A stretch of 33,444 nt of DNA from Gallionellaceae bacterium (GTDB lineage: Bacteria; Pseudomonadota; Gammaproteobacteria; Burkholderiales; Gallionellaceae): the NCBI GenBank assembly GCA_021731185.1, contig JAKFXW010000034.1, forward strand, positions 1 to 33,444, in the 5' to 3' direction. The notes beneath the pieces were generated by a model. The model had not been told where the DNA came from. It ran no database searches and was given only the letters and a program-made list of their open reading frames with translations. The first letter of the stretch is position 1, and each line of letters begins with the position of its first letter. A program made the position numbers and the translations under genes. Positions 7,951-16,919 of this stretch are shown here, piece by piece.

Positions 7951-9579
7951 TCAGTGTCCTTTACGCGTGGGTGCGGGCTGTGCCACTTTGATTATTTTGG
8001 TCACCTCCCACACCCCTGGCTGGCGCTCGACAAACTCGAAATCAATTTCTTCGCCCGGCTTGATGCCTTTAATCAAGCCAGCATGAGCCAAATTAAAATT
8101 CATGCTCATCGCCGGCCAGCCCAATGCGGCAATGGCACTATGCGTTATGGTGACACTGCCAGCATCGGTCGCGTCCAAAATGCCCACACCGCGATGAGTT
8201 TGTGCGGGCTGCACGTCATTGTCCCCTTGTGGGGCTTTGTTGGCCGTGCGCGCGGGCGCACTCTGTTCGCCAAAGCCAGCGATAGCAGCTTTTAAATTGC
8301 TCTCTGCATCGATCAGAAAATTCGCACTGACCACGACTTTTTCGCCCTCAGCCACGCCTGCCAGAATTTCAATTTGATCGTCTGACTGTCTGCCCAATTT
8401 CACTACACGCGGTTCAAATTTTCCCGCACCCAAATCCACCAACACCAACTCACGCCGACCACTATAAATAATTGCAACATCCGGCACGACCAACACCGCT
8501 TGCTGATTATTTTTTATCGCCAACGTGACTTGTGCAAACATGCCGGGACGTAGCTGACCATCTGCATTATTCAATTCCAGCCGCACCTGCGCCGTGCGCG
8601 TTTGTTCATTAATCGTGGGATATATATAGCTGATGTGTGTTGTCAATTCTTTTCCGGGAAAGGCATCAATACTGACCTGCGCCGCTTGTCCGGTTTTGAG
8701 CAAAGCAATGTCCTGTTCGAACACATCGGCGATCACCCACAGCTTGGACAAATCGGCAATTTTGAACAGCGTCTCGCCTGGCATGAAACGCATACCTTTC
8801 AGCGCGAGCTTATCCAGCACGATACCGCGCACGGGCGAGCGGAAAGTAATCGTCCGTTTTATCTCGCCAGATTTATTCACATCAGATTTAGACACACCAG
8901 CTTCGCTTTGCGGGCGCAATGTTTCGGGCGCAACATCCCAATTTTTTAGCCTCGCCAAACTGGAATTCACCAGATTGTTCATGTTCGCCAGTGCTTCGGG
9001 CGAAGCATTTTTCATTGCTGCCGCGCCTTGCACGGCAATCTGATATTCGCGTTGCGCGGATAACAATTCCGGGCTGTACGCTTCAAACAGGGCTTGTCCG
9101 ACATGCACCTCAGCACCTGTTGTATTCACGTGTAACTGTTCGACCCAGCCTTCAAATTTTGGCGCGATGATGTGAATGCTGCGCTCGTTTGGCTCAACGC
9201 GACCAACGGCACGAACAGTTTGTGTGAACACCTGTTTGCCAACGACTATATTTTTTACACCTAGTTTTTGAATTTTTTCCACGCTGATTGTTACGTGCTG
9301 GCTGCTACCCGCCACCGACTCATCGCCTGCAAAAACTGGAATGTAATCCATGCCCATCGCATCTTTTTTAGGCACTGGCGAGGTGTCGGGCAAGCCCATC
9401 GGGTTGCGGTAAAACAGTGGTTTGCGCTCCGCCTGAGCAGTTACATTCTGTTGTGCCACATGGACGCTGCGCTGCATGCCCGACCAATAACCCAAGCCGA
9501 TCAATAGCAACGCCACCAAACCCCAAATAACTTTTCCTAATTTTGATTTCCCGTTCATATTTTTAGTGGCGAGTTTCAT
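7951..9579 (-). CDS. cusB: CusB-family RND periplasmic adaptor with an N-terminal Met-rich metal-binding motif and a C-terminal CusF-like domain
   Basis: YRNPMG...KKDAMGMDYIP, the MFP core (YSPELLSAQREY, IADLSKLWV, LRPGMF) and C-terminal HSAIAALGWPAMSM. Confidence 0.92.
   Translation of the reverse strand: MKLATKNMNGKSKLGKVIWGLVALLLIGLGYWSGMQRSVHVAQQNVTAQAERKPLFYRNPMGLPDTSPVPKKDAMGMDYIPVFAGDESVAGSSQHVTISVEKIQKLGVKNIVVGKQVFTQTVRAVGRVEPNERSIHIIAPKFEGWVEQLHVNTTGAEVHVGQALFEAYSPELLSAQREYQIAVQGAAAMKNASPEALANMNNLVNSSLARLKNWDVAPETLRPQSEAGVSKSDVNKSGEIKRTITFRSPVRGIVLDKLALKGMRFMPGETLFKIADLSKLWVIADVFEQDIALLKTGQAAQVSIDAFPGKELTTHISYIYPTINEQTRTAQVRLELNNADGQLRPGMFAQVTLAIKNNQQAVLVVPDVAIIYSGRRELVLVDLGAGKFEPRVVKLGRQSDDQIEILAGVAEGEKVVVSANFLIDAESNLKAAIAGFGEQSAPARTANKAPQGDNDVQPAQTHRGVGILDATDAGSVTITHSAIAALGWPAMSMNFNLAHAGLIKGIKPGEEIDFEFVERQPGVWEVTKIIKVAQPAPTRKGH
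8217..8235 (-). repeat. 18-19 bp palindromic element, copy 1 (in frame in the cusB linker, APQGDN)
   Basis: The reverse complement reads GCCCCACAAGGGGACAATG. Confidence 0.9.
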
Positions 9580-10880
9580 AATTCTTCTCCCAGCAACTTT
9601 TCAATTTGCGCCAGATTGGTTTGTGCGGCTACTTGCGCATTCAACACATCCAGCTTGGCTTGCAACAATTGGCGTTGTGCATCCAGCAAGGTGGCGAAAT
9701 CCACTTTTCCCGTTTGATAACCCGCCAGCGCTGCTTGCAACGTGGCTTCTGCTTGCGGCAACAAACTATTGCTGGCAAGATTTTCCGTGCGCTGCGCCGC
9801 CTTTAGGCTGAGTACTTGCTCGGCCAGATCGCCAATCAATTGTGTTGCCAATGCTTCTTTGCGTGATCTTGCTGCATTCAGCTCGGCACTGGCGGATCGC
9901 TCTTGTGCACGACGTGAGCCTTGCTGTAACGGAATATTGAATTCCGCCATGACACCCCACTCAGTAATTTGACCACCTTTTTGCACGGGCATCACGCCAA
10001 AAACAAAATCCGGATAACGATTTCGCAACACCAATTCATAATTTTTTTCTGCTGCAATCAGCTGGGCTTCAACAGCAAAAAGTTGTGGGTTTGTTAGCTG
10101 CAAGCGCTGTTCTAATTTAGCCTGCACCTGATGCGTTTTGTCCGGTATAACGCGCAACCTCTGCGGACCGGCCAGTGGCGCGGCGGGTGGACGACGCAAT
10201 AATGTATTCAATCGGGCGATAACATGATGATGTTCGGCATTCAGCATTACTTGTTCACGTTGCAATTGGGTTAATTCAATTTGTGCGCGTAGCACATCTT
10301 GTTGAACGGCCAGTCCGGTGGCGTAACGTGTTTGTGCGATGCGCTCTAGATTATTCAGTAACGCGAGCATTTCCTGCGTAATTTTCGTGCTGTGATGCAG
10401 TAAATAATATTGCGCGAAATTTATTTTTATTTTGCTTGCCAGATCAGCCCAAGTTTCAAAATTCAAACCCTGCGCCTGAGCAGATTCCGCCTCAGCCAAC
10501 TCGCGCCGCAAGCCACGCTTACCCCAGAACGGCACGGCTTGCATCAAAGTATAGTAGATCGTGCGGTTAGTCGTGTTGTTAGGATTGTTAATATCCATCG
10601 ACTGTGCCCGCAAGGTCGGATCAGGCAAAGCCGATGCCACATCAATACGCTGTGCTATCGCCTCGGCCTCAGCTCGACTGGCAGCCAATTCTGGATTGTG
10701 CTGCTGCGCCCAGTCCAGCAACTCTTCTACCTGTGCACCAGGAAATGGCTCGGCATAAGAATTCCAGACTGGCCACATAGTCAGGCTTGCTATGGATAGA
10801 CTCGTCATGCACAGGCTTAAATAAAAGCTAAAAAATTTCAGTACGGATATTTTATTGAATAAAAATTTTTTAATGTTCAT
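9576..10880 (-). CDS. TolC/CusC/CzcC-family outer membrane efflux protein
   Basis: OEP repeats (LPDP..., RYATG...QQDVLRAQ, YQTGKVDFATLLDAQ). It overlaps the cusB start by 4 nt. ATG 10880 follows GGAGA (the ORF track starts at TTG 10892). Confidence 0.9.
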   Translation of the reverse strand: MNIKKFLFNKISVLKFFSFYLSLCMTSLSIASLTMWPVWNSYAEPFPGAQVEELLDWAQQHNPELAASRAEAEAIAQRIDVASALPDPTLRAQSMDINNPNNTTNRTIYYTLMQAVPFWGKRGLRRELAEAESAQAQGLNFETWADLASKIKINFAQYYLLHHSTKITQEMLALLNNLERIAQTRYATGLAVQQDVLRAQIELTQLQREQVMLNAEHHHVIARLNTLLRRPPAAPLAGPQRLRVIPDKTHQVQAKLEQRLQLTNPQLFAVEAQLIAAEKNYELVLRNRYPDFVFGVMPVQKGGQITEWGVMAEFNIPLQQGSRRAQERSASAELNAARSRKEALATQLIGDLAEQVLSLKAAQRTENLASNSLLPQAEATLQAALAGYQTGKVDFATLLDAQRQLLQAKLDVLNAQVAAQTNLAQIEKLLGEEL

Positions 10881-10896
10881 CGCTTTCTCCAACTCA

Positions 10897-10990
10897 GCTA
10901 TGTGAAACTCACATTACTCGCGAGAGGCGCAGTTATCACCGCGCCCCCAAAGAAATCGCACAGCGTCACACCCTGAAGTCAGGGGCAGCT
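10897..10990 (-). promoter_or_regulatory. Structured intergenic leader upstream of the TolC gene (three hairpins)
   Basis: The minus strand has CCCTGA-CT-TCAGGG, GGGGCGCGGT-GATA-ACTGCGCCTC and ATGTGA-GTT-TCACAT before the RBS. Confidence 0.35.
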
Positions 10991-11005
10991 ATGCGGAAGC
11001 GACGG

Positions 11006-11437
11006 CTATATTAGAAACGTGCAGAAACGAATGGTGACAGGCGGACCTGTATTGAGGACTTGGTAGGACGGGATAAAGACTGAGGCCATGCACTGTACGG
11101 GCAGCGTGGCTGGCAAAAAATTTGTGGTGCTGACGTGCGCAACCGTCACATTGTGATGATCGACATTGATCTGGTCGGTTTGTGTGCAGCTCGTCAAACA
11201 CGCGTTACCATTCATCTGTACGGCCAGCTGCTGCACGATGGGATCTTGTTCCGATGATGTTGTTATTACGTGTTGGTTACAGGGCTGCTTTGTTGCATCC
11301 TGCGTAACGAAAGCCTGCGTAGGGCTCATCGACGGTAACACGCAAGCATGTGCCGCAATAACCCCATGCGCAAACAACACCGCCGCCAAGGTCAGGCGGA
11401 TGAGTAATTTATTTTTGCGCGGTGTGATAGGGATCAT
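11006..11437 (-). CDS. Small exported Cys/His-rich protein heading the metal-efflux cluster
   Basis: Signal-like N-terminus ending AHAC, then PCNQH, CLTSC and C-terminal GPPVTIRFCTFLI. It is co-oriented directly upstream of tolC-cusBA. Confidence 0.7.
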   Translation of the reverse strand: MIPITPRKNKLLIRLTLAAVLFAHGVIAAHACVLPSMSPTQAFVTQDATKQPCNQHVITTSSEQDPIVQQLAVQMNGNACLTSCTQTDQINVDHHNVTVAHVSTTNFLPATLPVQCMASVFIPSYQVLNTGPPVTIRFCTFLI

Positions 11438-11446
11438 GATGGTGGA

Positions 11447-11476
11447 ATTGTACTACTACTTTTGAGAATGAGGCAA
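11447..11476 (-). promoter_or_regulatory. Candidate sigma70 promoter for the efflux cluster, in the 3' end of waaA
   Basis: The minus strand has TTGCCT-N18-TACAAT ending 9 nt before ATG 11437, with no SD. A CTTTTG-N9-CAAAAG inverted repeat (11459-11479) overlaps the -35. Confidence 0.35.
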
Positions 11477-12736
11477 AAGCGGTGCAATGTGTGTCATCGC
11501 AAGTTGTGTCGCGCCACGATGGGCGTTCACAAATTTCAGTGCCGCCTTGCTGGCGGCATCTATTTTTTCAGGATGATTAAATAGATTTTGCACGATCTGG
11601 GTAAGTTCAGCGACATCTCGCACACGCACCGCAGCACCACATTCCACCGCTTGTTCGGTGGCTTGTGCAAAATTAAACGTGTATGGCCCGATGAGTACGG
11701 GCTTGCCTACGCTACACGCCTCAATCAAATTTTGCCCGCCGTATGGCAGCAGGCTTCCACCAATAAATGCTATGTCGCAAGCAGCGTAGTAAGCAAACAT
11801 TTCGCCCATGCTGTCGCCCAACAATACTTGTATGTCATCAGTTATCGGCAGATTTTCGCTGCGGTGCTGAAAGCGAATGTTGCGTTGCGTAAGCAAGTTC
11901 GCCACTTCATCAAAGCGCTGTGGGTGGCGCGGCACAATGACGGTCAGCATGTTGGGAATATTTATTTGCTGGAGTGCCTGTAACAGCAATGCTTCTTCAC
12001 CGATGCGCGTGCTGGCAGCTAGGAATATTTTTCGATTTTGTCCCCATTGAACACGCAACACTGCGCCTAATTTCAACATGGTTGCAGGCGGTTCGATGTC
12101 GAATTTAAGATTGCCCATGACCGCAACTTGGGGTGTACCCAGATTTTTTAGGCGCGTTGCATCGCCATCACTTTGCGCGGCAATTGCACTTAACTCTTTC
12201 AGACCCATCTGTGTGAGATGTGGAAAGCGGGCATAGCGGCTGGCAGATTTTTCGGACAGGCGTGCATTGAGCAACAGCAGCGGAATATTTTTTACGTGAC
12301 AGGCGTGAATCAAATTAAACCAGATTTCAGTCTCCAGCAAAATGCCCAAGCTCGGCTTGAAGTGCTGTAAAAAATTTGCTACGGCAAATGGATAATCGTA
12401 AGGCAGATACACGCGCAACACCTCATTGCCATAAAGTTGTTCGCTGGCCGCACGTCCTGTGGGCGTGGTGTGCGTGAGTAATAATTGATGTTGCGGGTAA
12501 GCTTTTTGCAACTGCTGAATTAAATTTGCAGCGGCGCGTGTTTCTCCAACCGACACGGTGTGCAACCAAATAATCGGGTGCTTGGAGCCAACGGTGTAGT
12601 GACCAAAACGTTCGCCAACATGTTGCAAATATTCAGGTTGCTTGCGTGCGCGCCACAGCAGATGAAACGCCACGTAAGGCAGCAGCAGCCATAAAACAAA
12701 AGTGTACAAGCGGCGGGGATTAATGAAAGAGGTCAT
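11456..12736 (-). CDS. waaA: 3-deoxy-D-manno-octulosonic acid (Kdo) transferase
   Basis: IWLHTVSVGE, TTPTG, YLPYD, ETEIWFN, NARLSEKS, GNLKFD, VPRHPQRF, GDSMGEM and GGSL..GGQNLIE. Start placed at ATG 12736 because the upstream extension is translated repeat DNA. Confidence 0.93.
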   Translation of the reverse strand: MTSFINPRRLYTFVLWLLLPYVAFHLLWRARKQPEYLQHVGERFGHYTVGSKHPIIWLHTVSVGETRAAANLIQQLQKAYPQHQLLLTHTTPTGRAASEQLYGNEVLRVYLPYDYPFAVANFLQHFKPSLGILLETEIWFNLIHACHVKNIPLLLLNARLSEKSASRYARFPHLTQMGLKELSAIAAQSDGDATRLKNLGTPQVAVMGNLKFDIEPPATMLKLGAVLRVQWGQNRKIFLAASTRIGEEALLLQALQQINIPNMLTVIVPRHPQRFDEVANLLTQRNIRFQHRSENLPITDDIQVLLGDSMGEMFAYYAACDIAFIGGSLLPYGGQNLIEACSVGKPVLIGPYTFNFAQATEQAVECGAAVRVRDVAELTQIVQNLFNHPEKIDAASKAALKFVNAHRGATQLAMTHIAPLLPHSQK

Positions 12737-12758
12737 GAACGTGGAGCAAGGAAGCATT

Positions 12759-12880
12759 GCACAGTTGGCGAGCGGGATGAAATGCAAGGCGCACGGCGCA
12801 CAGAAACCGGAATGTATAAGTAATACATGAGGATTTCGAGCACCGAGCAACACAGCAATTCGCCCGTGCAGCCACTGTGC
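12759..12880 (+). repeat. ~122-bp palindromic non-autonomous element (RPE-like)
   Basis: Terminal arms GCACAGTTGGC / GCCACTGTGC, a central ATGTAT-N5-ATACAT hairpin, and internal GCAAGGCGC...GAGCAACACAGCA motifs shared with 30081-30213. Confidence 0.75.
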
Positions 12881-12889
12881 GGTGTTTCC

Positions 12890-13738
12890 TTATTCATCGA
12901 ACGCTACATCACCCTCTGCTACAACATCCCCCGCCTTGATATTTTTAAAATTAAACCAAGTGCCATCCATCAGGTGTGAAGGTTTAGCGTTTTGCATGGC
13001 CGTGAAAATAGTTTGATTGCGCCCCGGATATTGCCGCTCCCATTCAGCCAGCATTTCTTTAATATTTTGGCGTTGTAAATTTTCCTGCGCACCACACAAA
13101 TTGCATGGGATGATGGGGAATTCCATTTCACGCGCAAAACGTGCAATGTCTTTTTCCGCAGCATAGGCCAGCGGACGTATGACCACATGATCGCCTTTAT
13201 CAGTAACCAGTTTTGGTGGCATGGCTTTTAATTTTCCGCCAAAAAACATGTTCAAAAATAGCGTTTCGATCATGTCATCGCGATGATGACCCAGTGCAAT
13301 TTTATTTGCGCCCAACTCTTTTGCAACACGATAAATAATGCCGCGCCGCAGACGCGAGCACAGCGAGCAAGTAGTTTTTCCTTCTGGAATTTTCTCCTTG
13401 ACGATGGAATAGGTGTCTTGTGTTTCGATGTGATATTCGATGCCGATGGATTTGAAATAATCCGGCAATATGTGTTCTGGAAAGCCAGGTTGCTTCTGAT
13501 CCAGATTCATGGCGATCAGCTTAAAGTCAATCGGTGCGCGCTTTTGCAAGGTTCGTAAAATTTCCAGCAGAGTGTATGAATCCTTGCCGCCGGACATACA
13601 CACCATGATGGTGTCACCATTTTCGATCATATTAAAATCGCTGATGGCGCGCCCAACATTTTGCTCTAGGCGACCACGCAGTCGCTTGGAGTTGTTGGAC
13701 AGATGTTCAAAATGTATGGGTTGTGCGATGTCGTTCAT
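12890..13738 (-). CDS. ttcA: tRNA 2-thiocytidine(32) synthetase
   Basis: PP-loop [32 protein letters not shown] and IIPCNLCG. Confidence 0.96.
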   Translation of the reverse strand: MNDIAQPIHFEHLSNNSKRLRGRLEQNVGRAISDFNMIENGDTIMVCMSGGKDSYTLLEILRTLQKRAPIDFKLIAMNLDQKQPGFPEHILPDYFKSIGIEYHIETQDTYSIVKEKIPEGKTTCSLCSRLRRGIIYRVAKELGANKIALGHHRDDMIETLFLNMFFGGKLKAMPPKLVTDKGDHVVIRPLAYAAEKDIARFAREMEFPIIPCNLCGAQENLQRQNIKEMLAEWERQYPGRNQTIFTAMQNAKPSHLMDGTWFNFKNIKAGDVVAEGDVAFDE

Positions 13739-13741
13739 AAT

Positions 13742-14494
13742 TCAAATGTTAATATTTTTTCCCCCATCCACGGCAATAATTTGTCCGGTGATATAGGGTG
13801 CGTCGTTTAATAAAAATTGCACCGTGCGGGCAATGTCTTCCGGTTCACCCGCACGTTGCAGCAGTGTGTGCGCGATACTTTCTCGGCGATGCGCTTCATT
13901 TGCCCAAGAGTTATTTTCCGGCCAGATATTTACACCAGGTGAAACACCATTCACGCGCACATGTGGGGCTAATTCTTGTGCCAACGCGCGGGTTAATCCG
14001 GCCAAGCCCGATTTGGCCACGCTATATAAGAGGTGATTTTTCATCGGACGTTCGGCATGTATATCAACAATATTAACAATCGCGCCATTGGTGCGTTTTA
14101 ATTCGGCGGCAGCTGCCTGTGCCAGCAGCAATGGCGCTTTCAGATTAGTGCCGATTAGATCATGCCAGTGTTGCTCGCTTATTGTAGCCAACGGCGTGGG
14201 GAAAAAACTGGAAGCATTATTGACTAGCCCATCCAGCCGCCCAAAATACTGAATTGTATCTGCGACCAGTTTTGGCAAAATTTCGGTGTTCAGCAAATCC
14301 GCTTGCACACACAACACCGAGTTTGCGCGCACAGTATTCAACTCGGCATGCAACGCCTGCGCTTCTCGTTCGGCGGAGCGGTAATGTAAGACAATCATCG
14401 CTCCCACTGCGTGTAACCTACGACAAATTGCCGCACCCACTCGCTTCGCACCACCCGTAACTAATATTACTTTGCCTTGCACCGCACTCTCCAC
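13742..14494 (-). CDS. Pteridine reductase (SDR family, FolM-like)
   Basis: VTGGAKRVG, NNASSF, NIVDIHAERP, YSVAK and ITGQIIAVDGG. The start may be GTG 14482 (GGAG upstream). Confidence 0.88.
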   Translation of the reverse strand: MESAVQGKVILVTGGAKRVGAAICRRLHAVGAMIVLHYRSAEREAQALHAELNTVRANSVLCVQADLLNTEILPKLVADTIQYFGRLDGLVNNASSFFPTPLATISEQHWHDLIGTNLKAPLLLAQAAAAELKRTNGAIVNIVDIHAERPMKNHLLYSVAKSGLAGLTRALAQELAPHVRVNGVSPGVNIWPENNSWANEAHRRESIAHTLLQRAGEPEDIARTVQFLLNDAPYITGQIIAVDGGKNINI

Positions 14495-14614
14495 TAAACT
14501 GTTAGCCGTTGCCCACTCAGTAATTTACCATGAAGCCACTGCATAAATCTCAGACTTGCTCAGCTTTTAAAATCCTGCGGGCGAGAAATATCACGTTTAG
14601 AACTTCAAAAAGCT

Positions 14615-15778
14615 ATGTCCGCCCTACCTCAACCCTCGCCTGATGCACTGGCACACAGCAATAAACTACGTGATTTAATTAATCACGACATTGCACTGCA
14701 AGACGGTTGGATTCCCTTTTCGCGCTATATGGAGCTGGCACTGTATGCCCCGGGGCTGGGGTATTACAGCGCTGGCGCGCACAAATTTGGAGCTGCTGGC
14801 GATTTTGTAACTGCGCCGGAAATCTCACCGCTGTTTGGTCGTACTTTGGCGCGTCAAATTGTAGAAATCATGGTGCAGAGTGCACCCGTGATTCTAGAGC
14901 TGGGTGCTGGCAGCGGCAAATTAGCGGTTGATATTTTGAGTGAGCTGGAAAAATTAAACAGTCTGCCCACGCGCTATGACATTCTAGAAATCAGCACCGA
15001 TCTGCGCCAGCGTCAGAAATTATTATTGCAAGAGCATGTGCCGCATTTAATTAATCGCGTACATTGGTTGGATGCGCTGCCCGATAAAATATCAGGTTGC
15101 GTGCTAGCTAATGAAGTGCTGGATGCGTTGCCCGTTCATCTGGTGCGCTGGGCGAATGGCGAGATCAGCGAGCGCGGTGTGCTGTGCATAGATGAGCAAT
15201 TAACCTGGGATGAGCGTGCGCCACAAAGCCGGATGCTGCATCACTACGCGCTGGAAATGTCCAAGCTGGTAGTACCTGCAGACAATATGCTCAGTGAAAT
15301 ATCACTGGCCGCGCGCGGCCTCGTGAGCAGCTTGAGTGAGCGCTTGGATAAAGGTGTGTTGCTATTTATTGATTATGGTTTTGGCGCGCGTGAGTACTAC
15401 CATCCGCAGCGCAATAACGGCACGCTGATGTGCCACTATCGACATCACGCGCATGATGACCCATTTTTTTTGCCCGGCCTGCAAGACATCACTGTCCATG
15501 TGGACTTTACTGCCGTGGCCGAATCTGCCATAGATGTGGGTTTGCACTTGTACGGCTACACCACTCAAGCACACTTTTTAATTAATTGCGGCATCACTGA
15601 ATTACTTAACGACACTTCCCCCAGCAAAGTACTGCAATACTTATCGTTCTCATCGCAATTACAAAAACTCACCAGCCCTGCCGAAATGGGGGAGTTATTT
15701 AAAGTGATTGCTTTAGGAAAAGGTATTAACGAGCCGTTACGCGGCTTTGTGGCAGGAGATAAATCTCGGAGTTTGTGA
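14615..15778 (+). CDS. Class I SAM-dependent methyltransferase (MidA/NDUFAF7, DUF185)
   Basis: YMELALYAPGLGYY, GDFVTAPEIS, ELGAGSG, ANEVLDALP, IDYG, QDITVHVDF and EMGELFKV. Confidence 0.92.
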   Translation: MSALPQPSPDALAHSNKLRDLINHDIALQDGWIPFSRYMELALYAPGLGYYSAGAHKFGAAGDFVTAPEISPLFGRTLARQIVEIMVQSAPVILELGAGSGKLAVDILSELEKLNSLPTRYDILEISTDLRQRQKLLLQEHVPHLINRVHWLDALPDKISGCVLANEVLDALPVHLVRWANGEISERGVLCIDEQLTWDERAPQSRMLHHYALEMSKLVVPADNMLSEISLAARGLVSSLSERLDKGVLLFIDYGFGAREYYHPQRNNGTLMCHYRHHAHDDPFFLPGLQDITVHVDFTAVAESAIDVGLHLYGYTTQAHFLINCGITELLNDTSPSKVLQYLSFSSQLQKLTSPAEMGELFKVIALGKGINEPLRGFVAGDKSRSL

Positions 15779-15782
15779 CCAC

Positions 15783-15801
15783 GCCCCACAAGGGGACAAT
15801 G
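15783..15801 (+). repeat. 18-19 bp palindromic element, copy 2 (intergenic, 4 nt after the methyltransferase stop)
   Basis: GCCCCACAAGGGGACAATG, identical to copy 1. Confidence 0.9.
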
Positions 15802-15870
15802 TAAAAATTACACGCCGCATTTTCAGGGTTTTCTTCTTGAATATCGTTCAGTGTCTGCGCCCAATCTCAA

Positions 15871-16821
15871 TTATGCCGATGTTTTCAACGCTATCGCATA
15901 GCCAAAATGTTTTTTAAACAACGCAGCAATTTCATCGCGTGTGAGTATGTGATTTTGTCCCCCACGGCTGGCGATTTTTATGGAGCCGAGTAGCCCGGCG
16001 AGTCGTCCGCTGGTTTCCCAATCCCAGCCTTGTTGTATGCCATGCAGCAGACCTGCGCGGTAGGCATCGCCGCAGCCGGTAGGATCGAGCAATTGTTCAG
16101 CTTTTGGCGTGGGGATAATAATTTCTTTTCCGTCGCTGTAAATGATGGAGCCTTGCGCGCCCAAGGTCACAATAAAAGCGCGGGTTTGCTTGGCTAACGC
16201 TGCAATGGTTTTGCCTGTTTTGTCCTGTAGTAATTTCGCCTCGTAGTCGTTCACGGTAACGTAATCAGCTTGCTGTAGGAAGTGCAACAATTCTGCGCCG
16301 CTGAACATGGGCATTCCTTGACCAGGATCAAATACAAACGGAATCCCTGCTGTATGAAACTCCTGTGCGTGTTGCAACATGCCTGTGCGCCCGTCCGGTG
16401 AGACGATGCCAAGTGTGGCTTGCGGGGCATCCATCACGCTATTTTGTTCGGAATAGAACATCGCGCCCGGATGAAATGCGGTGATCTGATTGTCATCCAG
16501 ATCAGTGGTGATGAAGGCTTGCCCAGTAAAGCTATTTGTTATGGTGCGTATATATTTTTGTGAGATGCCTAACCTGTTCAGGCGCGCAGCATATGGGGCA
16601 AAATCATGTCCCACAGTAGCCATGATAAGTGGCTGTCCACCTAAGAGATGCAGATTGTAAGCAATGTTCCCCGCACAGCCGCCAAATTCACGGCGCATTT
16701 CTGGAACAAGGAACGCGACATTCAGTATGTGTATTTGCTCCGGCAGAATATGTTTTTTGAATTGATCGGGAAACACCATGATGGTGTCGTAAGCCAGGGA
16801 ACCGCAAATAAGAGTGTGCAT
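15871..16821 (-). CDS. PfkB-family carbohydrate/nucleoside kinase (adenosine kinase-like)
   Basis: GSLAYD, FGGCAGNIAY, FDPGQ, NDYE, VTLGAQG and DPTGCGDAYRAG. Confidence 0.9.
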   Translation of the reverse strand: MHTLICGSLAYDTIMVFPDQFKKHILPEQIHILNVAFLVPEMRREFGGCAGNIAYNLHLLGGQPLIMATVGHDFAPYAARLNRLGISQKYIRTITNSFTGQAFITTDLDDNQITAFHPGAMFYSEQNSVMDAPQATLGIVSPDGRTGMLQHAQEFHTAGIPFVFDPGQGMPMFSGAELLHFLQQADYVTVNDYEAKLLQDKTGKTIAALAKQTRAFIVTLGAQGSIIYSDGKEIIIPTPKAEQLLDPTGCGDAYRAGLLHGIQQGWDWETSGRLAGLLGSIKIASRGGQNHILTRDEIAALFKKHFGYAIALKTSA

Positions 16822-16919
16822 AGGTTATTTCAAATTCAGATAAGAACGATCATTGCGTACCCGTAAATACTACAAGAGCGTTCTCTATAATTGTAAGAAT
16901 GAGTGATAGTTTCACTTTG

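Noticed and set aside
10561-10571. GTGCGGTTAGT matching the DUF1566 3' end, considered as a DGR template repeat
   Set aside because: The match is only 11 bp, lies inside the TolC gene, and has no upstream AAY-rich alignment to the variable region.
12737-12853. 39-aa N-terminal extension of WaaA in the ORF track
   Set aside because: It is mostly the translated palindromic element 12759-12880. WaaA-like sequence begins near ATG 12736.
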